DNA from: Felis catus
Lineage: Eukaryota
Assembly (NCBI RefSeq): GCF_018350175.1
Contig: NC_058369.1
Span: 9,798,001 to 9,862,000, forward strand
DNA length: 64,000 bases
Direction of reading: 5' to 3'
Shown: positions 38,001-48,920 of the stretch, in pieces
Numbering within the stretch: position 1 is the first letter of the stretch
Layout: each line of letters opens with the position of its first letter
Notes under the pieces: model-generated
The model's input: the letters and a program-made list of their open reading frames with translations, nothing else
Database searches by the model: none
What the model was told of the DNA's origin: nothing
Position numbers and translations under genes: made by a program

Positions 38001-41000
38001 TAAGCCTTCCCACACAGTGGGGAATTGGGATCATTTCCCCCACTTACAGATGGGGTTAGGCACAGCCACTGCAACAACCTAGGATACCCCACACCCCTCA
38101 CCTTGGCTCTCCCACATCTGCACAGCCTGGCTCCCCATCACCTCGTCCCCACCCACTGTCCCCACGTTGCTTGCCTCCTGCCACACAGGCCTGGTTTTGG
38201 TCCCTCAGACAAACCAAGCATGTTCATCCTCAGGGCCTTTGCACTGGCTCTTTCCTCCGCACAGACCCTCTTCCCCAGGTCTCCGTGTAGTAGCGCCTTC
38301 TTGGCATCCGGAATCACCTATGATGTCGCCTCCCTTGAGAGGCCCTCTTTGACCACTCCCGTCTACAACAGCCCATCCTGAGCATGCTCCACTGTCTTCC
38401 CCTATTTTAATTTTCTGCAGAAATGCTTTGTTTCCTCTGTTTATATATGCATTGGTCTTCTCTTCACTCAGCTAGCTTGGGCTCCATGAGCACAGGGATG
38501 GGGTCTGTCTCACTATATCCCCATCAGTGAGGACACCAGCAGGCACATAGTAGGGGCTGCAGAAATATTGCTCTTTTAAATTTGTTAAGATGTTTATTTA
38601 TTTTTGAAAGAGGGAGAGAGGGAGGGGCAGAGAGCGAGGGAGACACAGCATCTGAAGCAGGCTCCAGGCTCTGAGCTGTCAGCACCGAGCCTCGAACCCA
38701 CGAACCCTGAGGTCATGACCTGAAATCGGACTCTTGACCGACTGAGCCACCCAAGCGCCCCCCAGAAGTATTGTTAAATGAAGGGAAGGTCCCCCAGCAG
38801 TGAAGCCACTGGCTGGCGCAGAGTGGGTCCCAGACTGAAGAAAAGTCTCGAAAATAAGCCATTGGCAGATCTGGACCAAGAATTCCAGTCTGTCCAGATC
38901 CTAAAACTGGAGCCCAGGAGCCCATATAGCTACAAAGGCCAGCATGGGGTGTGTTCCCTGGATCCGCAAAGGGAAAAGAAGGCGGGCAGGCGTTGGGGCT
39001 GACGTGCCTCTGTCTCCCCACCTGCCCTCCCGGAAGGATCTTCCCTGACCTCAGCAGCAACGACATGCTCCTGTTCGTCGGGAAGGGCGTCAACTTGCCC
39101 ACGCCCCCAGGTGAGGGGCGCCAGGCAGGGGTCAGGGCTGCGGGACTGCCTCCCTGCCCGGCTCTGACCCTTGTCTGCCCACAGGGCTGTCTCCCAGCGA
39201 CCTGGATGTCTTCGTTCGGTTTGACTTCCCCTATCCCAACGTGGTATGTAGAGAGCCCAGGAGAGGAAAGACGGGCTCAAGCCTCATCCTCGGGAGTGGG
39301 TCGGCAGGGGTCCAAGGGCAGGCCCCAGCCCCTGAGCCTTCCTGCCTCCTATTTGATTTGGCTCTAGGAAGAAGCTCAGAAAGACAAGACCAGTGTGATT
39401 AAGAACACAGACTCCCCCGGTGAGCGGAGGGGGAGGGGGAGGGGGAGGAGGCCGCGGCCGCCCCATGCGGAGAGAACCTGAAACCGTAGCCTGACCCCTC
39501 CCTCTTTCCTCCTGGGCCTGTCCTCATTCCCGGAGTAGAGTTCAAGGAGCAGTTCAAACTCTGCATCAACCGCAGCCACCGCGGCTTCCGAAGGGCCATC
39601 CAGACCAAAGGCATCAAATTTGAAGTGGTCCACAAGGGGTGAGCTGGGGGTGCAGGTGCTGGGCAGACTCTGGGGGAGGGGGAGCTGCCCTGGGCCAACC
39701 GTCCTGTCCCCCTCACGCACACAGGGGGCTGTTCAAGACTGACCGGGTGCTGGGCACAGCCCAGCTGAAGCTGGACGCCCTGGAGACCGCGTGTGAGGTC
39801 CGGGAGATCCTTGAGGTGAGATGTGGACATTTGCCCACAGGCTCTGGTGTGGCTGTGTCACTTGTTAACATTATTCAAAAGCTCCCTACAGGCCCTGGGC
39901 CTCCTAGGGGTCTCTTCTGCTGACCCAGCTTCTCCCCCAGGGATCCCAGACCTCCATACTACCCAGCCCTAAATATTCCCGGCACCCTGCTCCATTTTGA
40001 CCAATTGGCGTCTCAGCTCTATCTATCTAGGGGCTCAGATTTTGGAAATTACCCTGGTTCTCTCTGATCCCGGCCCTGGGCCTCCGGCCACTGCCCGCTT
40101 CTCAGTAGCCTCCCCTCATTTCTACCCAGGTCCTGGATGGTCGCAGGCCCACGGGGGGGCGGCTGGAGGTGATGGTCCGGATTCGGGAGCCACTGACCGC
40201 CCAGCAGTTGGAGACCACAACTGAGAGGTGGCTGGTCATTGACCCCGTGCCAGCAGCCGCGCCCACGGTGAGACTCCTGCCCATCAGCAACCCCAGGGAG
40301 GGAGGCTTGGTTCAAGCGGGCCGGGAATCACAAGACTGGTTCTGTCCACTGAAGCAGGTTGCTGGGCCCAAAGGGAAGGCCCCTCCCGTACCCACCCCTT
40401 CGAGGGAGCCAGGGAACAGGTAGGTGGCTGGGTCAAGCCATGCTGCAGAGAAGTCCCTTCTTCCTGTTTCAGCCCCTCCCGGACAGTTGCCCATCAGGCA
40501 CGAATTGTAGTGCATCCCTTCCCTGCTCCAAAACGTCTCCTGGCTCCCCGTCTCCTGAAACGTCCTGAAACTTCTCAGCCTGATTTTTAGGATCTTTTGT
40601 GATTGGACCATTATCAATATATCCAGTAGTCTCGTCTCACCCCACTTCCTCCTGTTCGTCCATGGTTATCTACACCTCGTTTTCACTGGCCTCTGGGCTT
40701 TTCTGTCTTCTGATGATGCCATGAGCCCCCCTACCCAGCACTTGCTCCCCACTCCCCTGCCCGGCTCTAACTCCTCTGGCTCCCAGCTTGGCTGCGTTCT
40801 TCCCTGGGAAACCTTCCCTGACCACGGGGCACGGCAGTTGCCTGAGTGTATAGCCTTCAGCCCCACTAGGTCGTGGGCTCTGCAACACCAGGGCGGGCCT
40901 AGCTTATCTCCTGCTGTTCCCCAGCGCCCAGTGCGTCTGTGAGAATTAATGAGGTCAGGGTTGGGGGGTCCTTGCGGCCCTTCATCCCTCCCCAACTCCA

Positions 41001-41677
41001 CAGATCGGCCCGGCCCCTGCACAGCCTCAGCGTGCTGGCCTTTGATCAAGAGCGTCTGGAGCGGAAGGTGGGTGCCTGCTTTGACAGGCTGGCTGGGGCA
41101 GGATCGGGGGTTCGGTAGGCCCCGGACAGGGCCGTCACAGCCCCCCACTCCGCACCCCCCAGATCCTGGCCCTGAGGCAGGCGCGGCGGCCGGTGCCCCC
41201 GGAGGTGGCCCAGCAGTACCAGGACATCATGCAACGCAGCCAGTGGCAGAGGGCGCAGCTGGAGCAGGGGGGCCCGGGCATCCGGAGGGGTAGGGTCTCG
41301 GGGATGGGCGCGTGGGGGAGGGGAGGGCAGGGCAGCAGCCCCCATCCTGACCCCTCCCCACCCTCAGAGTACGCGGCCCAGCTGGAGCGTCAGCTGCAGT
41401 TCTACACAGAGGCGGCCCGGCGCCTGGGCAACGACGGTAGCAGGGTGAGCCAGGCGAGGGCCGGGTGGGCGCTGGGGGGCCGGGGCTGCCCGCGGCTGCC
41501 CGCTGACCGCCTCTCGGCCCCCAGGAGGCTGCAAAGGAGGCACTCTACAGGCGGAACCTGGTGGAGAGTGAGGTGAGCGGCCAGGCCGGGGGGTGTGGGG
41601 GGGCACGGCTGTGGCCACGAGTACCCCGTCCCTGACCCTGGCGGCCTTCTCCTTAGCTGCAGCGGCTCCGCAGGTGA
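25740..41677 (+). CDS. CC2D1A: Coiled-coil and C2 domain-containing protein 1A (Freud-1/Lgd2), four DM14 repeats plus C2 domain, 29 exons, about 951 aa
   Basis: Exons: 25740-25799, 27367-27502, 29366-29478, 29573-29638, 29923-30057, 30161-30398, 33971-34095, 34378-34450, 34596-34667, 34776-34906, 34985-35057, 35746-35879, 36221(36218)-36332, 36414-36586, 37247-37369, 37452-37510, 37602-37718, 39037-39110, 39185-39243, 39368-39419, 39539-39638, 39725-39815, 40130-40267, 40355(40358)-40419, 41004-41067, 41163-41289, 41368-41444, 41525-41572, 41657-41677. Starts MHKRKGPPGPPGRG, ends LQRLRR*, 2856 nt, all phases consistent. Confidence 0.96.
26565..26762 (-). mobile_element. Can-SINE, antisense in CC2D1A intron 1
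   Basis: TSD-like caataagc(a/g)taacttatt on both sides; 5'-trimmed head. Confidence 0.85.
28099..28750. mobile_element. MER82-like TcMar-Tigger DNA transposon
   Basis: Starts cagtccactctcattattaacggattccatatttgtgagttc and ends aataatgagaatga (inverted termini); resembles recalled MER82. Confidence 0.7.
29090..29313 (-). mobile_element. Can-SINE about 50 nt upstream of the CC2D1A exon 3 acceptor
   Basis: Poly-T tail, (GA)n and a head ending caggcgcccc. Confidence 0.9.
30560..30900 (-). mobile_element. L1M 3' fragment (CpG-rich)
   Basis: Homologous to 13790-14100 (ccccattt...gcccctgaca...gtaagtggga...ttgtcctttggtgtcagcttctttcacttag). Confidence 0.65.
30960..31130 (+). mobile_element. 5'-truncated Can-SINE
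   Basis: gagttcaagccccgcgtcaggctctgtgctgacagc...(CT)n and an A-tail. Confidence 0.85.
31660..32280 (+). mobile_element. Degenerate hAT-Charlie transposase remnant, interrupted by a - strand SINE at about 31785-31948
   Basis: Frameshifted LTDTFS / HLNLKL*V at about 32032-32080 resembles the hAT motif LADIFxxLNxLNLxLQG. Confidence 0.35.
32290..32800 (+). mobile_element. Two Can-SINEs (32290-32508, 32608-32800)
   Basis: ggggg(g)cctgggtggctcag-type heads, (CT)n, A-tails. Confidence 0.85.
32880..33100. mobile_element. Tigger2-like DNA transposon 3' end
   Basis: Ends tttggggggagtccaaag...gcccctgacaccctcactgttcaagggtcaactgta (Tigger TIR plus TA). Confidence 0.65.
33182..33820. mobile_element. Can-SINE cluster: short + copy 33182-33290, - copy 33357-33569, 3'-truncated + copy 33679-33820
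   Basis: tRNA-derived heads; the - copy has TSD TTAAAGTACATT. Confidence 0.85.
35160..35295. mobile_element. MER63-like hAT-Blackjack fragment
   Basis: ggaaatcggcaggcgctaaaaatcaggg...gagagcctgttcaccagcccacca. Confidence 0.45.
36665..37060. mobile_element. Old ERVL/MaLR-type LTR fragment
   Basis: tatcagtcaggatccaggttaagcttctgtaaca...ggcccaggttccttccatcttgttgctctg; subfamily uncertain. Confidence 0.5.
38200..38570. mobile_element. L2 3' end
   Basis: cctcagggcctttgcactggctc...ctccatgagcacagggatggggtctgtc...ggcacatagtagggg. Confidence 0.6.
38575..38762 (-). mobile_element. Can-SINE
   Basis: Head ending gagccacccaagcgcccc; TSD-like cagaa(a/g)tattg. Confidence 0.85.
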
Positions 41678-42099
41678 GGGATCGGCCGGATGGGCGGCCC
41701 CTGGAGAGTGCCCAAGGCCCTGGCACCGGGAGGAGCTGACCAGGCCACAGCCGGAGGCCAGACAAGCAGACAATCAGCAGACCGTCAGCTCCAGATGGAC
41801 ATGTCCTCCGCCGGGTTCTTCCTGGCGGGGGGGCCCGAGGATGGCACCACCAGCCAGCCTGTGCCCCTTGCCCCGGCCTGGCTGGGTGGGCCCTGGAGAG
41901 TCCCGTTTGCACAGCCTGGGGTGTCCGGCCCCTGGCCTGCCCCAGAGGTGGGGGGGGCAGCTAGGACCAAGCCCCGAGGGCCCCTGCAAGCACTTTACTT
42001 CCTATCCCTCCCCAGCCTTAACCCTGAAGGCCACCCACACCCCAAAGAAGCCACTGAGGTCAGCCAGACCCCAGCTGGCTCCCCAGGGCTGACACAGGG

Positions 42100-42105
42100 A
42101 ATAAA
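42100..42105 (+). terminator. CC2D1A polyadenylation signal
   Basis: AATAAA followed by the U/GU-rich ctgtcctgttgatgtttctt. Confidence 0.8.
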
Positions 42106-42581
42106 CAGCCAGGGCCACGCCTGGCTCACTCTGTCCTGTTGATGTTTCTTGCCCCCGCCCTGTGGCCAGCTGGGTCTCTCCCACAGTCCCCCGGGGGTTG
42201 ATGGCAAGGTGCCCATAAGAGGGGCAGGCCGTGGGGGGAGAGTGCCCGTGAAGGATGTATTCGATTCGCACGCTTGCTCCGGGGACGTGTGTGAGGGCTG
42301 TGGCCTGCTTGAGGGCGTCTGCCGTGCCGTGTGTTTCTGTAGCTGGTGGCCTTGGGTGTGTTCGGGTGTGTACGTACGGTCAGCTGTCACGTGGTGGTTC
42401 TTGCTGACCCCTCGAAATCCAGCCCGGCCGCTCACTGGCCCCGGGACTTGGACCGGATTGCCTGACCCTCTTAGCATCCCACAGCGTCAGTTTCCTCAGT
42501 TGGATGCTGGGATGGTGAGAGCCCCTCCTGCAAGGTGAAGGGCATCTGGCAGGTGGTGAGCACTTGACAGGGTTATTAGGC

Positions 42582-42587
42582 TTTATT
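42582..42587 (-). terminator. PODNL1 polyadenylation signal
   Basis: TTTATT on +, about 240 nt after the PODNL1 stop. Confidence 0.7.
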
Positions 42588-42824
42588 GTTGCCGCCTCCA
42601 CTTGTGCGGGGAGTGGGGACCGCGTCCGGCAGGGCTGGTGTGGTCTGCGTGCCTGGCGTGCGAGCTGTATGCTTGAGTCTCTCCCGGGGCTCCCTGTGTG
42701 TGGACGCAGCGCCCCTGTCCCCAGCTTCCTGGCCAGGCCCTTGAGGCCTGGGAGAGCCTGGCTGAGGCCCCGGATGGGCACCGTTTCCTCGGTCCGTGAC
42801 CCAGTGGAGCCCCAGGGGTCTGGG

Positions 42825-45800
42825 CTACACTGCTGGACTCCTCCGAGCTCGGGGGCTCCCTGCCCATGGCTGACGTGGAGTTGTGGGTGGCAGCCGGACC
42901 AGGACCTGCTCGGGGTTGCCCGCCGTATCCACCACACTCAGGTGCAGGAGACCCAGGAAGGCGTCCGGTGCGATGCTGGTCATGTGAAGCCTGTTTGCCC
43001 TGTAACCGAGAGGCAGGCTTGAGGGTGGGTGCAAAGGAAGGGGCGGGGGGGGGGGCACGGCCGTCCTGGCCCACCCAGGCCTGCTGGAGCCCATCACAGC
43101 CCTTCAGGGTCCCCTGCCCCCAGGACTCGCTCTCCCCAGCCGCCTCCGGGGCACCTGAGAAAGAGGGCGCGCAGGCGGGGAGTGCTGAGGAAGGCTTCAG
43201 GACCCACGTGGCTGATGCGGTTGCCCTGCAGGTGCAGCTCCTCCAGGGCCTCAGGCAGGTCAGGGGGCACAAAGGACAGCTCGTTGTGGCCGAGGTCCAG
43301 CACCTGGGCAGAGATGATGCCACGGCGGCCCCGGGCCTTGAGCCCCAAACCTCTCTGCCCGGGCACTCCACACCAGCCTGGGCCTCCTCCCCGCAACCCC
43401 CTCCGCGTTGCCAAATTCCCTCCAGCCCCGACAGAGGTACAGTGAGTTCCGTCCGGGGCAGGCTGGGCTCTAGGTGCCGGGGTCCCAGACAGATGGGGAC
43501 CTGCCTGCCGCGGGAGAGATCGAAGCAGTCGTTCGCGAGGATGGCACTTCCCTCACCGGGCACCCTCCCGACACCGTCTACTGACCAACCGCTTTCTCCC
43601 TAACTAGTGCGTTGGTGCCACGGGCCCGGAGCTGTGTCGCTCTGTGCCCACCTCTCCAGCGCCTAGGACAGCGCCTGCACCCCCAGATGCTCTAAACTCT
43701 GTGGAAGCAGCCGCGTTCAGGAGGAACCAGGGGGGGCCGTGTTCCCCGGGGAGGCGGAGGGGCTGGTTGCCGAGGACCAGGTGGCAGGGTCGGCGCCGCC
43801 CAAGGCCCGGAGGCCGGCTCTGCCTCACCCACCCCGGGTCCGTCTGCCGGGCTCTCTTTGAGGCATCTCGGGGCCTTGTGGGAAGACGCTGCAAGGCGTG
43901 GGGATGGAGGGGACGGAGGGGCGGTGGGGGCAGTGTGGCTGACCGGCCGGCGCCTGACCTGGAGGGCCTGGAGCTCGTGCCAGGTGCCGGGCCCGATGTC
44001 TCCGACCCGGAGCCGGTTGTGCGCCAGGCTGAGCTCCCGCAGTTGGTCCAGGCCGGCCAGCGGCTCCGGCTCGAGGGCCCGCAGCTGGTTGCGCTGCAGC
44101 CGCAGGGTGTGCAGGCCGCCGGGCAGGCCGCCGGGCAGCCGGGTCAGCAGGTTGCCGGCCAGGTCAAGGCTGCGCAGGGCACGCAGCGGGCGGAAGGCCC
44201 GGCGGTGCACGCGGGCGCTGACCAGGCGGTTGTAGGCCAGGTTGAGTTCGGCCAGGCCCGGTGTGCCAGCCAGGTCCCGGGCGCCCAGCGTGGTCACGTG
44301 GTTGTGGGGCAGCACCAGGGCCCGCAGGCGGCGCGGCAGCGCCAGGGGCACGCGGTCCAGCCCGTTGCCATAGAGATGCAGCGTGTGCAGGCCCCGCAGC
44401 GGCCGCAGCGCCCCTGCGGGCAGCCCCGTCGCCCCCAGCTGGTTGTGCTGCAGCAGGAGGTAGCGCAGGCCCCGCGCCCCGCGCAGCCGGGCCGCCTCCA
44501 CCCCGCGGATGCGGTTGCGGCCCAGGTGCAGCACGGCCAGGGTGCGGGGCAGGCCCGCGGGCACCGAGGCTAGCCGGTTGTGGGACAGGTCCAGGTACTC
44601 GAGGTGGTGCAGCTTGCTGGTGGGAGAGAGGAGGGCTGGCGTGGGGCTGGGTGCTGAGCGGGGGGGGGGGGGCACAGGTGAACCTTGGGGGTGAGGGTTG
44701 AGGAGTGCTCCCGCGATAGAAGCCGGAGACCCCAACTTGGGGGTGGGCGAGTCGCGAGATCTGGGTGGGAGGGGCACCTGCTGAGATCAGGGCAGAGTCC
44801 GGCCCCCGGGGCTGGATGTGGAGGTGACCAGGACAGAGTTCTGGGTGCAAGTCTGCATGCGGCGGTGATGACGTTTGGAAACTAGAACCCAGGCACAGAG
44901 GAGCTGGGAGCGAAAGGATGGCCGCTAGGTGCTCCGATGAGCCTGGTGCACAGCAGGTGCTCAGCAAATGAGGCCTCGGTTTGGGGGTCATACCCCGGAG
45001 GGGGCTGGAGGGTTGCGGGGGGGGGGTGGGGCTTGGACTCCGAACCTTCAACCCCTCCTGCCAGCACGAGGCTGCACCTGTGTCCTCCCCTGTCTCGGGC
45101 CCCACCTGAAGGTGGTGGCATCCAGGCCGCTGTCCGTCAGCTGGTTGTGCTGGAGGTAGAGCTCCCGCAGGTGTATCTGGCGGCTCAGTGCCCCTCGGGG
45201 CACCTTGGAGATGAGGTTGTTCTGGGAAAGGAGGAGACGGCGAGACCAGGGGTTGGGGGACAGACAGCAGCAGGGAGCTATGGAAGGCTCTTGAGTAAGG
45301 GAGTAGCAGGGAGCTAGCTTTGGCAACGCGGGTCCGAGGGCACCCGTGAGTGACCCGCGCCAGGGGGCAGGACTCGAAGATACTTGTGACCACTGGCATT
45401 CTCGGGAGGGGGTCTCCCCCCAGGAGAGAGGGAAAGGGGGCGGGCAGGGGGCTGGCAGGGTGGAGGAGGGGCACCTGCAGGTGGAGCCGCTCCAGCGAGG
45501 GTGGCAGACTGGGCGGCACATAGCTGAGCCGGTTGCTGGAGAGGCTGAGGATGACCACGGCTTCAGAGCCGTGGAAGGCGTCGGGGGGCAGGCCGGCGTT
45601 GCTCAGCTGGTTGTTGTGGAGGTACACGGACCTGAGGGGAGCCAGGCTCCGGCCACCAGCCTGCCCCCGGCCCTCCCCCCGGCCCCCACTCCCGCCCCCG
45701 CCCCCTGCACCCCAGCGCGGCCTCCAGTGTGAGGATGCGCACGCGTCCGCGCACTGTCTCCGCCTCGTGTCGCGGTTCTCCAGACGGCATCCGGGGTGTC

Positions 45801-47603
45801 CTGCCTCAGATCCCCCCCCCCCCCCGCACCTCCCTGTCCCAGGGTAGGACTCTGCCCCTGCAGACCCTCAAGGGCAGGCTCATGATCCCCTCCGGCCTCC
45901 AGGGGTAGGGAGTGACCCCAGGCATATCTGAGGTCGGAGAGGTCCGGGCCGGGCCAGGGGCTACCTGAGCGCGGGCTTCTCCCCAAAGGTAAGCGGGAAG
46001 ATCTCCGTCACTTGGTTGGCAGCCAGATCCGCAACTCGGAGGGAGCGGGGCAGAAACTGGGGGGCCACCGAGAGCTGTGGGGACACGGCCATGCTTGGTC
46101 AGGGAGCCCTGCCCTCCACCCCACCCCCGCCGTGCCCTCCGCGCTCTGCTGTATGTCCCTGCGGGCCAGGCCTCAGGGCCGGGGCAGGGGTCAGGTAGGG
46201 GTGCTCACCTTGTTGTGGGCCACGTAAATGTGCTGCAGCTGTGTCAGGGACTCAAAGGCCTCATCGGGCAGGCCTGGGAGCGGGATGGGCAGTGAGGGGA
46301 CCCCCCCCCCGCGGCCCTGGGGCCCAGGGAGGGGGCAGTGGGGGAGGCTGTGCTCCCAGCTGCCCCAGGGCTCTTGGCTGGCGACTGGCAGGGGCTCCTC
46401 CAGGCACCCTCCCACACGCCTCCCCACCCGTCCTCCAAAGCCACAGCCTGAGTTTCCATCCTGCTCAGCAAAGGGCAGTTCTGGGAACTACCGCAGAACT
46501 ACCCACAGACCCAGCAGGGGAGGGAAGGGGCCGCCTCCCGAGGTCCCCTCACCCCTCACCCTCAGAAGAGATGAGATTGTTGTGGAGGTTGAGGGTCCGG
46601 AGGCTGCTGAGGCGTGACAGCTCATTGTAGGGGAGCTCCTGGAGCTGGTTGTTCTGGGGGGAGGATTCACACCCCTGAGCCCTCCGCAAGTGGCCGGAGC
46701 CCCGATTCCCAGCGCCCCATCGCCTTAAGCAAGTAAGCCTTGACGCCCCTCACCCCCACACTTGATCCCCAAAGCCCCATTACCCTGCAACCAAAACAAC
46801 CCCGTCACCACAAACAACCCTGTGATCGCCAAGATGTTGACCCCTCGACACCCCATCTGCCCCCATAATTGACCCCTGACACCCATCACCCTGACCCCAA
46901 ACGACCCTATAAACCAAAAAGATGTTGTCTGACATTTCATCACCCCCACACCTGACCCACATGCTCCATCACTCTGAACCCCCCCAAAACCCGTAACTGC
47001 CAAGACATTGACCTTTTAACACCTCCAAACGCTCAGCCCCTCCTAAAAGTTCCAGTGTCTGTCCCCCCCACCCTGCCCTCGCCTCTAATGCCCAGACCCC
47101 GACGCTCTCACCCAGGCCAGCTTCCATCGCTGCCAAGACCTGCACGCCCAACGCCCCATCACCCTATCGCCCTGAAACCCGGCACTTGGCGTGCTCACCC
47201 CGGCCCCCGGGGCCCCACCTGCAGGGAGAGGTGCTGAGCTGCCCGGGTGATGTTGTCCGGGAACACCTGAAGGTCCAGGCCATTGCAGTCCACTGTGTCT
47301 GCCCGGGGGCAGGAGCAGCGCAGGGGGCAGGCCCGGGGCGGGGGCTGCGAGCTCTCCCCCAGGTGGGGGAAGGCGGCGTCCTCCATGCCTGGGGCGGGTG
47401 GGGGGCCGGGCAGCAGCAGGAGCAGCAGCAGCAGCAGGCTCAGCCGCTGGGAGTAGAGGGACTGATGGGTCACGGTGGCCCCAGGCCCAGCACCAGGTCA
47501 CCATGGCGACAGGAGCATCCCCGCGTGGGGCGGGGGGGGGGAGGGGGGAGCAGGCAGGCTCCCCTCCCTCCCCTGCCCTCCCGCCCCCACCCCACCTTAC
47601 CAT
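42825..47603 (-). CDS. PODNL1: Podocan-like 1, class V small leucine-rich repeat protein (10 coding exons, 584 aa)
   Basis: Exons on -: 47603-47601 (ATG), 47446-47219, 46653-46560, 46273-46209, 46074-45965, 45631-45475, 45221-45106, 44616-43959, 43303-43155, 42999-42825. Poly-Leu signal peptide, N-cap CPLRCSC...VDC, many LxxLxLxxNxL repeats; 1755 nt with consistent phases. Confidence 0.93.
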
Positions 47604-48820
47604 AGCCAGCCCCAGCTCTGCCGTCTCGCCTGAAATGCCGACCAGGGCTCCCTAATGGAAACCAGGCGGTCACCTCCTGGAGCCTCTTCCGTGGCCGCCA
47701 CCGCCCCCCATCTCTTGGCACAGGCCACCCTCCACCCGGCTTGTTCTCCCAGGGGCTGGGGGGTGGGGGTGGGGAACTAGCCGGCCCACCCCCTTCCCCG
47801 CCCTGGGGAGGGTGGGAGGGCTGCCTGCCGGATGGGGTGGCGAGGACAGGCCAGCCCGTCCCCCCCCCCCCCCCGGTCCCACCCCCACCAACCACCCCTG
47901 CTCAGCTTGCGTAACCTCGGCCAGCCTGGGCCGGGCCACAGGAGCGTGGAATGCTTGCGGGAAAGCTAAGATTCGCCCTGTCTGGTATTTGGGCCAACCG
48001 CAGAAATAGGGGTGGGGGCAGAGGAGTGGAAGATGCTTCAGGCCACAGGAGGGTCCCCAAGGAACTGGGGCTGGCAGCAAGGGGTCAGGGCAGGCCTGGG
48101 CTCAGCCTGCCAGCCCAGATGCCAGCCTGGGGGCTCTCAGCCAGGCCTGCCGTTTGGGCCCCTCCTCCTCCTCCCTGAACGGCCACAGCCGCAGCTGCCT
48201 GAAAGGAAGGGTGGTTAAGGATATGCACTCCGCGCCAGCCTGCCTGGGCTTGAACCTGGGCTCTGGCACCTCTCTGGGCCTTGGTTTCCCACTCTGCAAA
48301 GTGGGGAGTGGTCGTCTCATCTCCCAGGAGTGGTATAAGGATCAAATGAGATAACGCATTTGAGGTGGGTGAGAAGGTTCCGGGCACATTCCTTGGCCCT
48401 TACACCAGAGCAGTAGTGTGGGGGAAGAAGCCCACCTCTGCCCCAGATCCCACCTCCCAGGATGCACCACTTACCCGCAAGGTGTCTTCAGGCAAATCGT
48501 TTTCCTGCCCAAACCTCAGTTTTCCCACACGTAGGACAGAGATGACAGAATACCCTTCCTTCCTCAAAGGCAAAACCAGGTTTTGGACAGAAAATCCTAA
48601 GCATCACATCTGCCCCTTACAAGTGCTCAGCTCAGAAGTGGCCGAGCCGATGGGCTGTGTGAAGGGCATGAAGGAGGGTGAAGTTTGCGGGGGGAGGGAG
48701 GTTTTCCGGAAGCAGAGCTTGAGACAAGGATTGAGTGCATTTGTCTTGGACAAAGAAGCTGTAGGGGAGCAGGGAAATGACAGAGGGAAGGGAAGAAGTA
48801 GTCAATGACGAGTTATCTTC

Positions 48821-48920
48821 GGGGTAATCAACTTGCCTAGAACTCGCCAGTTTTAGCACTCAAAACCCTGTGTCCCAGGAAACCCTTAGTCCTGGGCAAA
48901 TTGGGACGGTTTGTCACGCT
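48821..48920. mobile_element. MER81-like hAT-Blackjack element
   Basis: ggggtaatcaac...gttttagcact...tcctgggcaaattgggacggtttgtcacgct. Confidence 0.5.

Noticed and set aside
42583..45627. Long ORFs (326, 245, 309 and 487 aa) over PODNL1
   Set aside because: Antisense or frame shadows and intron read-throughs of GC-rich LRR exons.
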